Part shown: positions 30,501 through 39,762 of the stretch, one piece after another
How positions within the stretch are numbered: the stretch's first letter is position 1
How the letters are laid out: every line of letters starts with the position of its first letter
Source: an uncultured Candidatus Binatia bacterium
Lineage (GTDB): Bacteria > Desulfobacterota > Binatia > UBA9968 > CAXXLF01
Reading direction: 5' to 3'
Length of the DNA stretch: 64,000 bases
Assembly (NCBI GenBank): GCA_965218425.1
Contig: OZ244621.1
Location: 1,152,001 to 1,216,000, forward strand
Program-made: the position numbers and the translations under genes
The notes under the pieces: generated by a model
Databases searched by the model: none
Seen by the model: only the letters and a program-made list of their open reading frames with translations
Told to the model about the DNA's origin: nothing

Positions 30501-32384
30501 ATGTTTATCCCCCAAATTGGGTTCTTAGCCAAATCAAAAAATGCAAGTGCTTCCAGTGTCTTGTGGGCGCTTGTTTGTGTTTTCATGCTGTCCGGTTGCG
30601 CAGGGGGGGGAGGGGGAGTCACCCTCATGCCACCGCCTACGACACCGCCTAAGCCGGTGGACCCAACGCCGGGCTTGCCGCTCCCTTCGGGGCATGGGTT
30701 GATGGCAGGCCAGATCACGGTGGCGGCGGGGGCATCGGAAGAGCACGGCAATGTTGTGGTGACGTGTCCCGCGGGCGGCGGTGCGTGCGCGGTGACGGTG
30801 GCGGCGGACGGCACGGCGGTTTACGACAGGACGGGCGGCACGCCCACTTTCATATTTGCACATTGGACATACGAGCGGGACAACCCTACAGCGGAGGACT
30901 TGCTGGATCACTGGAACAAACCGGAGCAGTTGCGCACAGCATTGGGGCTGTCAGTGGTTGATGCCGCGGACATCGCCGACCGAAAGAACGCTCTAACGGA
31001 GTTGCTCAATTCGGCCGGAGGCGATGCAGCCGAGACCGGGACCCGGCTCCGCAACGTTCGGCCGGAGGATGTCGAGATCATCGGCGAGCGGAACGGAATC
31101 ACCTACGGGCGGTGGACGGGCGGTCCGGCCGGAACCTTCAACATCGATTTTGACTACAGATTCGCTCCCGAGGCCACTCAGGAACAGCGGGCGCGGATAG
31201 AACGGGCTGGCAAGTCCTGGTCTTGGCGTCTGGATGACGAATCGCGGAGATTTACGGTCGAAGCTGGTCAGCAGGTAGCGCGCAGCAGGACGATCGACGG
31301 GGTTCCGGTCGAAGAACTGCGAGTGGACGAAGACGTAACAACAGATGGCTTGGTGATCTTCGTTGACTTCCACGGTGGCACCCGGCGAAGCAGGGGCGGA
31401 CCCAGCATCTCGAGCCGAAGCGCTCGGGAGCAAGGCGACTTCCACCCCTACGCCGGTAGCATAAGAATCGGGACACCCCGCTTCGATGAAGTTTCCGAGA
31501 GAGGCAACCTCCGGCTGACCGGCCTTCTCGCCCATGAGATCGGGCACGTGATGGGAATCGGGTCAACCCTGAGACGAGACCCCTTCGTTGCCCACGTAGA
31601 CGAGGCGGCATATACCTTTACCGGGCCCAACGCCGTGGCAGAGCATGGCGGGCCTGTCCCGTTCCAATGGCTGGACAACAACCGTAATTCAGTTCCGCCA
31701 CGCACCCCAGGAGCGAGCGTGGATTGGGTACATATAGGCCCATGCGGTTCCGTCATGTCCTACTGCCGTCACGAATACGACATATATGCTCCCACCGAGC
31801 TGGACTTCGCATTCCTCAAGGATATCGGCTACGAAGTCCTTGATCCAAGTGTCGCGGAAGAGCCGGAGATTTACGGGTATGGGGCTTGGGGCCGCTACAG
31901 CGCATGGGGCGCGGGCGTGGAGCGTACCATCACCCATGACGCAGACATCCGTGGCAGCTTCAAGGATCTCGATACCCGAGACGCCCTCCATGCCACAGCA
32001 GACGCCTTCGGCTCAGCTCCCACCACGCCACTAACCGACAGCATCCAAGGCACCGCCACCTGGTCCGGCTCCCTCTTAGGCGTGGACATCGGCCAACCCA
32101 TGCTGCCGCCGGTGTTCGGCAACGCGGAGCTCAACGTGGACCTGGCCACTCTTAGGGGTTCCGCCCAGTTCCGTGACCTCACAGTGCACGTGGACAGCGT
32201 TTCCACCGCGTTCCGCGCTCCTGAGCTGCAATACAGCATCAACGTTAACGGCAACACTTTCTCCGACGCCGCGGGCCATGTCCAGGGCGGATTCTTTGGC
32301 CCCAATCATGAAGAGATGGCGGGTGTGTTGGATGACAGGGCTGCGGCTGTTAGCTTGCTGGCGGGATTTGGCGGGAGGCGGTAA
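30501..32384 (+). CDS. Lipoprotein: zincin metalloprotease plus C-terminal TbpB-like beta-barrel
   Basis: Lipobox LSGC, Gly/Pro linker, HEIGHVMG, HIGPCGSVMSY, GFFGPNHEEMAGV. Confidence 0.8.
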   Translation: MFIPQIGFLAKSKNASASSVLWALVCVFMLSGCAGGGGGVTLMPPPTTPPKPVDPTPGLPLPSGHGLMAGQITVAAGASEEHGNVVVTCPAGGGACAVTVAADGTAVYDRTGGTPTFIFAHWTYERDNPTAEDLLDHWNKPEQLRTALGLSVVDAADIADRKNALTELLNSAGGDAAETGTRLRNVRPEDVEIIGERNGITYGRWTGGPAGTFNIDFDYRFAPEATQEQRARIERAGKSWSWRLDDESRRFTVEAGQQVARSRTIDGVPVEELRVDEDVTTDGLVIFVDFHGGTRRSRGGPSISSRSAREQGDFHPYAGSIRIGTPRFDEVSERGNLRLTGLLAHEIGHVMGIGSTLRRDPFVAHVDEAAYTFTGPNAVAEHGGPVPFQWLDNNRNSVPPRTPGASVDWVHIGPCGSVMSYCRHEYDIYAPTELDFAFLKDIGYEVLDPSVAEEPEIYGYGAWGRYSAWGAGVERTITHDADIRGSFKDLDTRDALHATADAFGSAPTTPLTDSIQGTATWSGSLLGVDIGQPMLPPVFGNAELNVDLATLRGSAQFRDLTVHVDSVSTAFRAPELQYSINVNGNTFSDAAGHVQGGFFGPNHEEMAGVLDDRAAAVSLLAGFGGRR

Positions 32385-32488
32385 AAATTGCAGGTGGCCG
32401 CTTTGGTTTGACGCGCCGCGGCCGGCGCCGGGCTCCGCGGCGCAGGACGAAAAAGCAGGGTTGCTCTTACTGATGGTATCTGGGGGCC

Positions 32489-32619
32489 GGCGTCATGCCT
32501 GCCTTCTTGCTGTTCTGGGTTCCCTTCCCTTTCGGATTCCAGCTTGTATTGTGCCAGCTCTCTTTTGCAATCTCCTGTCCGTTTGGACGCGGTCCACCAA
32601 AGCATGGATGCGGTTCTTT
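32489..32619 (-). repeat. Module A copy 4 (right part)
   Basis: GGCGTCATGCC end; TTCCCTTCCCTTTCGGATTCC core; encodes KNRIHALVDR on the minus strand. Confidence 0.8.
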
Positions 32620-32621
32620 AT

Positions 32622-32750
32622 CGTCGGCGTAGCGGATCAACAATAATTGAGAATGGCCTGGAAAATCCGAGAAATTCCGGGGCGAAACGACCCGTAAATC
32701 GCCCATGCAAAGCCCCTTAAAGGGGTGTGCATCGACCGCGCTCGATGCCG
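32622..32750. repeat. Module D copy (IS-end-like), shared with 38064-38190
   Basis: GTCGGCGTAGCGGATC..AATAATTGAGAATGGCCTGGAAA.TCCGAGAAATTCCGGGGCG...CGCCCATGCAAAGCCCCT. Confidence 0.8.
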
Positions 32751-32769
32751 CCGGAAACAGAAAAACGTC

Positions 32770-33055
32770 ATGCATGCTGGGAGTCGATACGGGCCGAAAC
32801 GAGCGCGGTGGCGTGGTCGTTGGCGGGTTCAGATTCAGGATTACTTGATTGCCGTTGTGCAGAACATCGAGCTGATGATTGTTCATGCACGGCCAAAACC
32901 CAGAGCCGTATTGGCGGCAGCAACGAGGTCGGTCATTCGCTTTGCGGCCCCCCATCCAATGGTCTTGCAGCAAGCCGTCATAGCTTGAGCAAACAAACAC
33001 GTTATAGCTCGATTGGATCTATTGCGCTATTGAACCGACGTTTGGGCAACAGACC
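32770..33055 (+). mobile_element. IS1182-like transposase 3' remnant and right end
   Basis: RYGPKRARWRGRWRVQIQDYLIAVVQNI; terminus TTTGGGCAACAGACC. Confidence 0.6.
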
Positions 33056-33127
33056 GAAAAGATTTGACCCCTTCGCCGGAGGCCGCCATGCGGTCGGTCC
33101 ACATCCTCTGCCCAGGTACCGGGACCA

Positions 33128-33232
33128 TAACGGGCGCGTATCGATCACCCCAGCGGGTAGGAGCATTATCTCCCTGGGAGGCTCCGTCCCGCCGGGGATC
33201 TTGACGGCTGTGGCTACGCAGTAGAAAGGCAT
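33128..33232 (-). pseudogene. Possible Mu-like phage protease (gpI) N-terminal fragment
   Basis: PPREIMLLPAGVIDTRP resembles the 'IQLLPAG' start of Mu-like protease. Confidence 0.4.
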
Positions 33233-33281
33233 CCCCCCTTATACAATATGTGGTGGAGTGTACAAGGCCCAGGCACAATAT

Positions 33282-34118
33282 CTATATGTCGTTGTCGGGT
33301 TCTTTGGGTGGGTTATCGGAGAGATGGGTGTCCGTTGTGGACGGCCGCTCGGGCGATGGCTCCTCTTGAGAGACCTTTTTCTTTGGCGTCCGTTTTTTTT
33401 TCGGGAGCGAAATCCTGACCTGCTCAAGTTCAGATAGCGCGGCATCGTTCAGCAAACGTCGTATCCCGGCGAGGATGTCTTCCGGGGGCAACGCGATCCG
33501 ATAGTCTCGTCGGATCTTGTGCCGAATGGCACTGATGACGGGCTCGCAAAGTATCGCCCGGAGCAGGCTGCGGGGGTCGAGAACTTTTGTTTTGCGCCAC
33601 AACTCGTCCAACGCTCCTCGTCGGATATTTCGATGGGACAGGAGTTCCAGTCCATCGGCAATCACGGACATCTCGGACGTTACAAAGTCCCACGAGTAGA
33701 TGAGTTGGGTCTGCGGAGGCTGCTCGAATAAGATGTGATAGAGCCGCCACTCTTTAGAGTTCGTGAGGAGCATCCATTCGCAACCCGCGTTGATAGCATA
33801 GGACACGGCTTGACGAATGTGTTTCGATCCGAGCTCGACGTTAACCCTCTTGATCTCCACCACGATTGCCGGCTTCGCGTTGTCGGTGCCATCTACGCAT
33901 ATAGTGAAATCCATGTGCTCTGTTTCACCTGCGCCGCGCACCGCTTTTTCACGAGAGAGGTGCTTGAAGGGGTCGTACCCCATAAGGAGTTCGAAAACCC
34001 GCTCTACACGTCTCCTGGTTTCCGCCTCGTTGCAATCAAGTCGTTCCGCCTCTTGGATCATGTGCTGGGTGTCGACGATGTTACGCCGGAGAACCTTGTC
34101 CACAGACTTTCGTTCCAT
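33282..34118 (-). CDS. HsdR_N-like stand-alone PD-(D/E)XK nuclease
   Basis: NEAETR, MGYD, DF...VEIKR, RQAVSYA, W.LLTN..EW.LY. Confidence 0.8.
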   Translation of the reverse strand: MERKSVDKVLRRNIVDTQHMIQEAERLDCNEAETRRRVERVFELLMGYDPFKHLSREKAVRGAGETEHMDFTICVDGTDNAKPAIVVEIKRVNVELGSKHIRQAVSYAINAGCEWMLLTNSKEWRLYHILFEQPPQTQLIYSWDFVTSEMSVIADGLELLSHRNIRRGALDELWRKTKVLDPRSLLRAILCEPVISAIRHKIRRDYRIALPPEDILAGIRRLLNDAALSELEQVRISLPKKKRTPKKKVSQEEPSPERPSTTDTHLSDNPPKEPDNDI

Positions 34119-34419
34119 TTGGAATGCCTCCTTAAGCAGCATAAATTGACCGAATTTCAGGGCCGCTCATAAAACCATCCTCTGCATTGAATCGCTACTT
34201 ATTTATTTTCTGAGATTGTACTCGCCAAGGAAGCGTCAGTAAAGAGGTCAAATCTTTTGTTGACAAATAACATCTTCCAGATTCTCCAGCCGCCTCCAAA
34301 ATCTTCTATCTGCCTCACGCTTTAAGTGAATCCCATGGCACGCCCAGCCCACTGCACCGCAACTCTTCACTCCATACTCCCTGGCTGCTTCCACCAACGT
34401 CATGTCGCTTGGCCTCTTC

Positions 34420-35530
34420 ATCTTTGACCTTGAAGAACGCCCGGGCTCTTCTTTGCGCGAAGCTGCCTCTGCCCGCACGGATCGGGATCTGGAACGCCTG
34501 AGAGAGATTGTCGATGATGTCCTGGCGTCTCTTTATCTGCCGCCCTTCGGCGGTGTTGGGGGGGTGGTAGTTATTTTTTAGCGGGGTGGAAGATTGGGGT
34601 ATGTCGTCCTGCCTCATTTTGAAATCGGGCAGGCCGTAGGCGTGCGGGTCCTCTGCTATAGCGGGATTGGGGGTATATCCTTCGGGACTATCAACCCTTC
34701 CCGGTCCGCCTTGGTTTTGATCTTGATACACTCCTCCGCCCACTTCCTGTATCTTTCCGGTTGGGCTCCCTTCCTTGATTCCAAGGAACGATGGAACTCC
34801 TTCCATTCCTTCAAGGAAGAATACAGTGTTGGCGGGTCTATTGTTGAGATTAATTCCTCCTGGTTCGGTGTCATAGTATATACTCCCAAGCGTGTGAAAA
34901 TACCTGAAGGAATCTTCTACGATATCCGCATGCCGGCTGTCAAGGGTCGTGGCGTAATCGACATAACCGAACCGGTGAGACACTCGCCACACTATGTCCT
35001 AGTGAATCCGTTGCGCGTCATCGGCCGTCAATTTTTTTTCGTTCACTCTCACTTGGATCGCCAGTCTCACGGCCTCGCTTACGTTATCCAGCATTCTCCT
35101 CAATCGCCTTACGCCTTTTTGTTGAGACTGCCAATCCTTAAGCTCCTTTGTCATCTTGGCCGCATATACGCTGCCATTGGAGCCAACGGCCACTATGGAA
35201 TCCATGCCTATGTAAGTTAAGGCCAGTACGTCATCCGGGCTCAAGGGCCTCATTCTCGGATGATTGTGGTACAGGGTGATCTTGCGGTTGGCCTCGCTCA
35301 TCGTTTTCTTTAGATCGGGGGTAAAGGATATCTCCGACTTCTGATGAACACTCCCGGCGTGGGAATTGCCGCTGATACTATCGACCAACACCATATGCTC
35401 GAAGCCGTCCTGCTCCCCTTTCCCTAAGACGTGTTCTATCGCTCGCTTCGGCGCTTCTGAGGTAATGCCTAAGGCACATCCCAACTTTCCTCCCCTCGTT
35501 CTCCTCTCCTCTGCAGCTCCTCACCGGATC
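34420..35530 (-). pseudogene. Fragment of phage polyvalent/MuF-like protein (JAB-like domain) with in-frame stop
   Basis: EHMVLVD...LYHNHP...SPDD; ORFs 35484-34999 and 34992-34315 are in the same frame separated by one TAG. Confidence 0.5.
34656..34874 (-). CDS. Small hypothetical protein nested in an alternative frame
   Basis: MTPNQEELISTIDPPTLYSSLKEWKEFHRSL...; GGGAG RBS upstream. Confidence 0.4.
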   Translation of the reverse strand: MTPNQEELISTIDPPTLYSSLKEWKEFHRSLESRKGAQPERYRKWAEECIKIKTKADREGLIVPKDIPPIPL

Positions 35531-36110
35531 TTCCACCCCCCATAGATCGTGTGCCTGTGAAACCGTCTTCAGAAATTCCCCATAGTCGGCCCTGCTGAGG
35601 AACACCTTTCGGCGGGCGGATCCCCGGGTTCATCAAATGATGGACTGCACCCCGATATTCAATGCGTAAGGGCCGAGACATTGAAAGCCTTAATTACAGC
35701 TCACATCCCAATTATCGACAAAAGACTTGACCCCATCGCCTCGCCGGCGCCCCGGTTGTGTCCGGTCGTTTGCAGGAAGACGCGCGGGCAATCGAACGCT
35801 GCAAGGGTCGTGCATTTGGCCAAATTATAATATCCCATAGGCCAAAATATTTCAGTTTGACAACCCGCCTGCGACTCATCGATCCTATAATGTGATCAAA
35901 CCCTTGTGTAACGGTGATGATGAACTCCAATCAACAGAGCCTCCTGTGTCGGGTCTTGTGCCGAATACAATAACCCAACCAAGGTTCGGATTAGCTATCC
36001 GAGCTGGGTGAATAGGCAGAACTTCACACATTATCTCTGCGATAGTTGCAAATAGCCCGGCAATTTCGCCCGGTCATAATATTTCTCTAACTAGGAGGTT
36101 TCGATTCGAA

Positions 36111-37610
36111 ATGAAAACGATATGTGGGATTTTTACAGGCATGATAGTGTTCGTGGCGCTGGGTTGTGGAGGCACAAGCTCTAGTTCCAATTCCAATTTG
36201 CTCAATCAGAGTCCCGCGCTTAGGTACCCTGGTCGGGATTATCGTAACACCGCGGGAGTGGATATTCGTGATACCTGGAAAGAGACGAGCCCTATAAAGT
36301 CCCATTTCGGCCTGGAGCCTGGGGGTACGCCAATCGGCGGTCTTATTGATCATGCCGATCTTCCACAATTCAAAACGTCCGCGTGGACAATCCTGGGGTC
36401 AAAGAACGGTATCACTTACGGACAACAAATGTCGGGTCCCACAGACACCATCGACATTGATTTCACCGGATACTTTGCGGAATTGCCCGACTACGTGCAG
36501 GGCGCGCTGGAGCGGGCGGGGAAGTCCTGGTCTTATAGGCTGACCGACAAACTGGGTTCGCATCTATCAACGGATTCGCCTGTGACTGGGGTTACTAGAG
36601 TGGACGGACGAATTCCACCACGCAGCGTCGATGGTATTCTGATTGATATCGATTCCGATTATAACAACCCCGCGTGGGATTATGTTTGGGGGTATTCTCG
36701 TGGGACTTATCGGACCACTCAGACGGTAGGGGGGGACTTTACGGTCAGGACTGGTTGGGTCGATTTGGCGGCAACTACTATCGAGCAGGGTGATAGTTGG
36801 CTGGCACATATCGCTTCTCATGAAGTTGGTCACGCCATCGGACATAGTGCGACACATAATACGTTGCCAGAGACCATTGCCCGTTATGTGGACTTTGACC
36901 GGGGAGTATGGACCGGACCGGCATTGACGGCGGCTAATCGAGGCAGGAACGTGCCTTTCCAGGACCTTGACGGCGAAACGGATTTTGGTCACTTGGGTGC
37001 TTGCGCCATGATTATGTCCTATTGCGGTAATCCGATTGAAATCCCGCATGAGTTGGATTTCGCTTTCATGAAGGACATTGGCTACACCGTGGAGGACTCC
37101 TATCCTACAGTGCCCGAACAATACAGTTACGGCGCATGGGCGGAACATTCGGCTTGGGGTGTGTTGGCGGCTAGAAGTTTGACTTTCGCTTCCTATGGTA
37201 TAACCGATCATATTACGGTGCAGGCAGATGCCTTCGGGAACCCATCTAACACGGATTTTGCTGGTTCACATATCGGGACGCTACAGTGGAACGGTTCCTT
37301 ATTGGCGACGGATTTGGAGAAATTCGCGCCGGTTTTTGGCGATACACGTATTGTGTTGTCAGGTGACACCTTGGACGGCACTGTCTCATTTACGAATCTC
37401 CGTACGGTAAAAGATGCGGAAGGCGAGGTAGCGCTCATGCCGTGGCGCAGAGCTAGTTTAGGGTACGGCGTCAAGGTGGAAGGGAATAGTTTCAGGGATG
37501 TCGGTGAAAAAGTCAGCGGGGATTTCTACGGCCCGCAACACGAGGAAGTGGCCGGTGTCTTGAACGATGGGCCTGCAAAAATTCTGGGGGCTTTTGGCGG
37601 CACCAGATGA
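36111..37610 (+). CDS. Lipoprotein: zincin plus TbpB-like barrel (paralog of 30501-32384)
   Basis: Lipobox ALGC, HEVGHAIG, HLGACAMIMSYC, DFYGPQHEEVAGV; AGGAGG RBS. Confidence 0.82.
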   Translation: MKTICGIFTGMIVFVALGCGGTSSSSNSNLLNQSPALRYPGRDYRNTAGVDIRDTWKETSPIKSHFGLEPGGTPIGGLIDHADLPQFKTSAWTILGSKNGITYGQQMSGPTDTIDIDFTGYFAELPDYVQGALERAGKSWSYRLTDKLGSHLSTDSPVTGVTRVDGRIPPRSVDGILIDIDSDYNNPAWDYVWGYSRGTYRTTQTVGGDFTVRTGWVDLAATTIEQGDSWLAHIASHEVGHAIGHSATHNTLPETIARYVDFDRGVWTGPALTAANRGRNVPFQDLDGETDFGHLGACAMIMSYCGNPIEIPHELDFAFMKDIGYTVEDSYPTVPEQYSYGAWAEHSAWGVLAARSLTFASYGITDHITVQADAFGNPSNTDFAGSHIGTLQWNGSLLATDLEKFAPVFGDTRIVLSGDTLDGTVSFTNLRTVKDAEGEVALMPWRRASLGYGVKVEGNSFRDVGEKVSGDFYGPQHEEVAGVLNDGPAKILGAFGGTR

Positions 37611-37932
37611 GACTGTTCGCAATCCAGCATATCCTATCCCGCGAGAGAAGATGATGGCACCCGGTAAGGTAAGTGCAGCATCGCGGCGGCCCTGCGCAAC
37701 CGGGTAGGGTGATCTACGTCAAGTGGCTACTCGGTACCGCGTTGCCTCAAGGGGCTGAAAGAGCTGCAATGGATCTTCATGTAATTGCCGGTGAGATCGA
37801 GTGTCTTTTGAGCTTCACTGGCGCATACGGCGAGCCCGCAATGTTTTCTAAGTAAGTCCCCGTTATGGACCTTCGCAAGTTAAGACGTACTTCAGTCTAT
37901 CGATCCTGGCGATCATAATACTTAGCAGCCCA

Positions 37933-37992
37933 TTGTGGGGGTCAGACCTTGACACTTGACATGATTCATCTCGCCTTCTCAAAAGTTATTGA
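37933..37992. repeat. Module B copy 1 (Y1 element right end)
   Basis: TTGTGGGGGTCAGACCTTGACACTTGACATGATTCATCTCGCCTTCTCAAAAGTTATTGA. Confidence 0.85.
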
Positions 37993-38000
37993 ACAAAGAC

Positions 38001-38190
38001 AAAAGGGTCAAGCCCTGGCAGGGTGGCGGTTGCAGCGGCCGTCAAACCTGAAAGGAGAAGACCGTCGGCGTAGCGGATCGGAAATAATTGAGAATGGCCT
38101 GGAAAGTCCGAGAAATTCCGGGGCGGAACGACCCGGAAACCGCCCATGCAAAGCCCCTGAAAGGGCCGTGCATCGACCGTGCTTGACGCC
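38001..38190. repeat. Module A copy 5 (left part, 38001-38063) fused to module D (38064-38190)
   Basis: AAAAGGGTCAAGC...GGCGGTTGCAGCGGCCGTCAAACCTGAAAGGAGAAGACC joined to GTCGGCGTAGCGG. Confidence 0.75.
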
Positions 38191-38480
38191 AGCGATGCCC
38201 GAGCAATTTACTCACCAGGGCAGGTTCTTCCCGGACATGACAGCGTGGCGGGCTAACTTGCGGCTGAGGTCATGAATCCGCAGCTTATCCACCTAGGTGT
38301 CCGCATCGTTCTTCCGTTCCGCTCAGAGGCTAGGGCGTTACGAGCCGTTGAGCATCTGCCAGGCCGACGGCAACGTGCCTGTCGCTGGTTCCCTGTATGC
38401 ATGGCGCCGTGTTACACTTGCCACCTTTACCCGCGGGACAGGTGACGACGACGGCGAAACGCGCAGCGACAACAAAGAGG

Positions 38481-38684
38481 ATGACCGGAACGAACACGAA
38501 ACTGACGGCGGCTGTCGAAACCTATTTCGCCGATCTCTTACGGGTGCGCTCCTCGGGCGGCGCGACCGTGGAGCGGTCGAGCTACGGGCCGCTCGCCAAT
38601 CTGCTGAACGCGGCAGGCGCGACGCTCAAGCCGAAGGTGTGCTGCGTCGGCGAGCTTGCCGACCAGGGCGCGTGCGATGAATAG
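38481..38684 (+). pseudogene. N-terminal remnant of a Type IIG/ISP-like restriction-modification enzyme
   Basis: AVETYFADL.RVRSSGGAT.ERSSYGPLANLLN..G..LKPKV.CV.ELADQGA; stops before the expected PD catalytic motif. Confidence 0.55.
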
Positions 38685-38744
38685 CCTTGTGAGATGCACC
38701 ACTCTGGTGTAATATGGTGCTATAACTGATCGGAGGGTTAGCGG

Positions 38745-38963
38745 ATGGTCGGAATGGAGGGACAGAAAGTGAGAAAAACGCTACCGCCACATCGTGTATC
38801 AGTGAGTTTCCCGCCGGAGTTATACGAGACTTTGGAAACGGTCGCGCGGCAGAAAAAAGTGTCGGTGGCGTGGGTCGTACGTGACGCGGCTGAGAGGTAT
38901 GTCGCTGAGCAATGGCCCCTGTTCGCAACAGATGACAGGGACCGATATGAACGATACAGATGA
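38745..38963 (+). CDS. Ribbon-helix-helix (CopG-like) regulator of the R-M operon
   Basis: RVSVSFPPELYETLETVARQKKVSVAWVVRDAAERY. Confidence 0.85.
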   Translation: MVGMEGQKVRKTLPPHRVSVSFPPELYETLETVARQKKVSVAWVVRDAAERYVAEQWPLFATDDRDRYERYR

Positions 38964-39762
38964 CGAATATTTGCGGATCGTACTTGATGCGATTCGAGTC
39001 TGTGCGCACTACAAGCCGAAATTCGGTCAGGGAGCGAAGGGCGGTGGTTTGACGTTGGAACAGTTCCGTGACCTCTATCAGGGAGACGCCTTCTATAGCT
39101 GGTTCGGGTTGGATAACCCGATGATGTACGCGGCACACAAGGCTGCCGGAGGCATGACGAGTGTGTACCGGCAGATCGGAATTGGGTGCGAGAGGTTGTT
39201 TCGCAGGGTGGTGAAAGATTCTTTCGAATTGTCAGAAGAAGATGTGACCTGGTCGTATCAGGTGACGTTGCCAAGTGGACGGAAGCGAACACTGTATCTA
39301 GACGGGCGGGTACCTCTTGAGAAGATCGGCAACAAAGACAAACGGGAGCGTTTCCGTGGGTGGATGAGGGATTCTGCGAAGATGCTGGATGTTGAACAGA
39401 AGGTATTCGAGAGCTTGACGGGCACGATTTTTGAGATCCGGCAGGGTTATAAGAGCAAGGACTCGAAACGGCAGAATGCCGATATCGCCAACGCTGCCAC
39501 GGCCTACACGAAAGGGTATTTTCCTTGCGCAGTGATCTTGTCGGGACAAATCGACAGCGATGTGCTTTTGCGGTACCGTGCCGAGAAATGGTCGGTTGTG
39601 ACAGGGATTGTCGGTGCAACAGACCCGCTGATATCGACATATGACTTCATGCGGAATGTCATTGGATATGACTTATCGGCGTTCTTTGAACGGAATAGTT
39701 CCACGCTTCGCGAGGAGATCGACACCATTCTGATAGCCCTTTTAGCCCCGGAGGCGACATGA
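38947..39762 (+). CDS. Putative Type II restriction endonuclease
   Basis: LDG...FEIRQGYKSKDSKRQN PD-(D/E)XK-like; lies between regulator and MTase. Confidence 0.7.
   Translation: MNDTDDEYLRIVLDAIRVCAHYKPKFGQGAKGGGLTLEQFRDLYQGDAFYSWFGLDNPMMYAAHKAAGGMTSVYRQIGIGCERLFRRVVKDSFELSEEDVTWSYQVTLPSGRKRTLYLDGRVPLEKIGNKDKRERFRGWMRDSAKMLDVEQKVFESLTGTIFEIRQGYKSKDSKRQNADIANAATAYTKGYFPCAVILSGQIDSDVLLRYRAEKWSVVTGIVGATDPLISTYDFMRNVIGYDLSAFFERNSSTLREEIDTILIALLAPEAT

Larger units (their letters stand above)
34244..35734 (-). mobile_element. TIR-bounded defective Y1 (RAYT-like) element carrying foreign DNA
   Basis: TIRs GAGGTCAAATCTTTTGTTGACAA (34244) and GGGGTCAAGTCTTTTGTCGATAA (reverse complement of 35712-35734), 19/23 identical; transposase N-terminus 35681-~35530 and C-terminus ~34420-34248. 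Confidence 0.8.

Noticed and set aside
33072..35530. Intact prophage
   Set aside because: Only short broken phage-like fragments; no structural module, terminase or integrase
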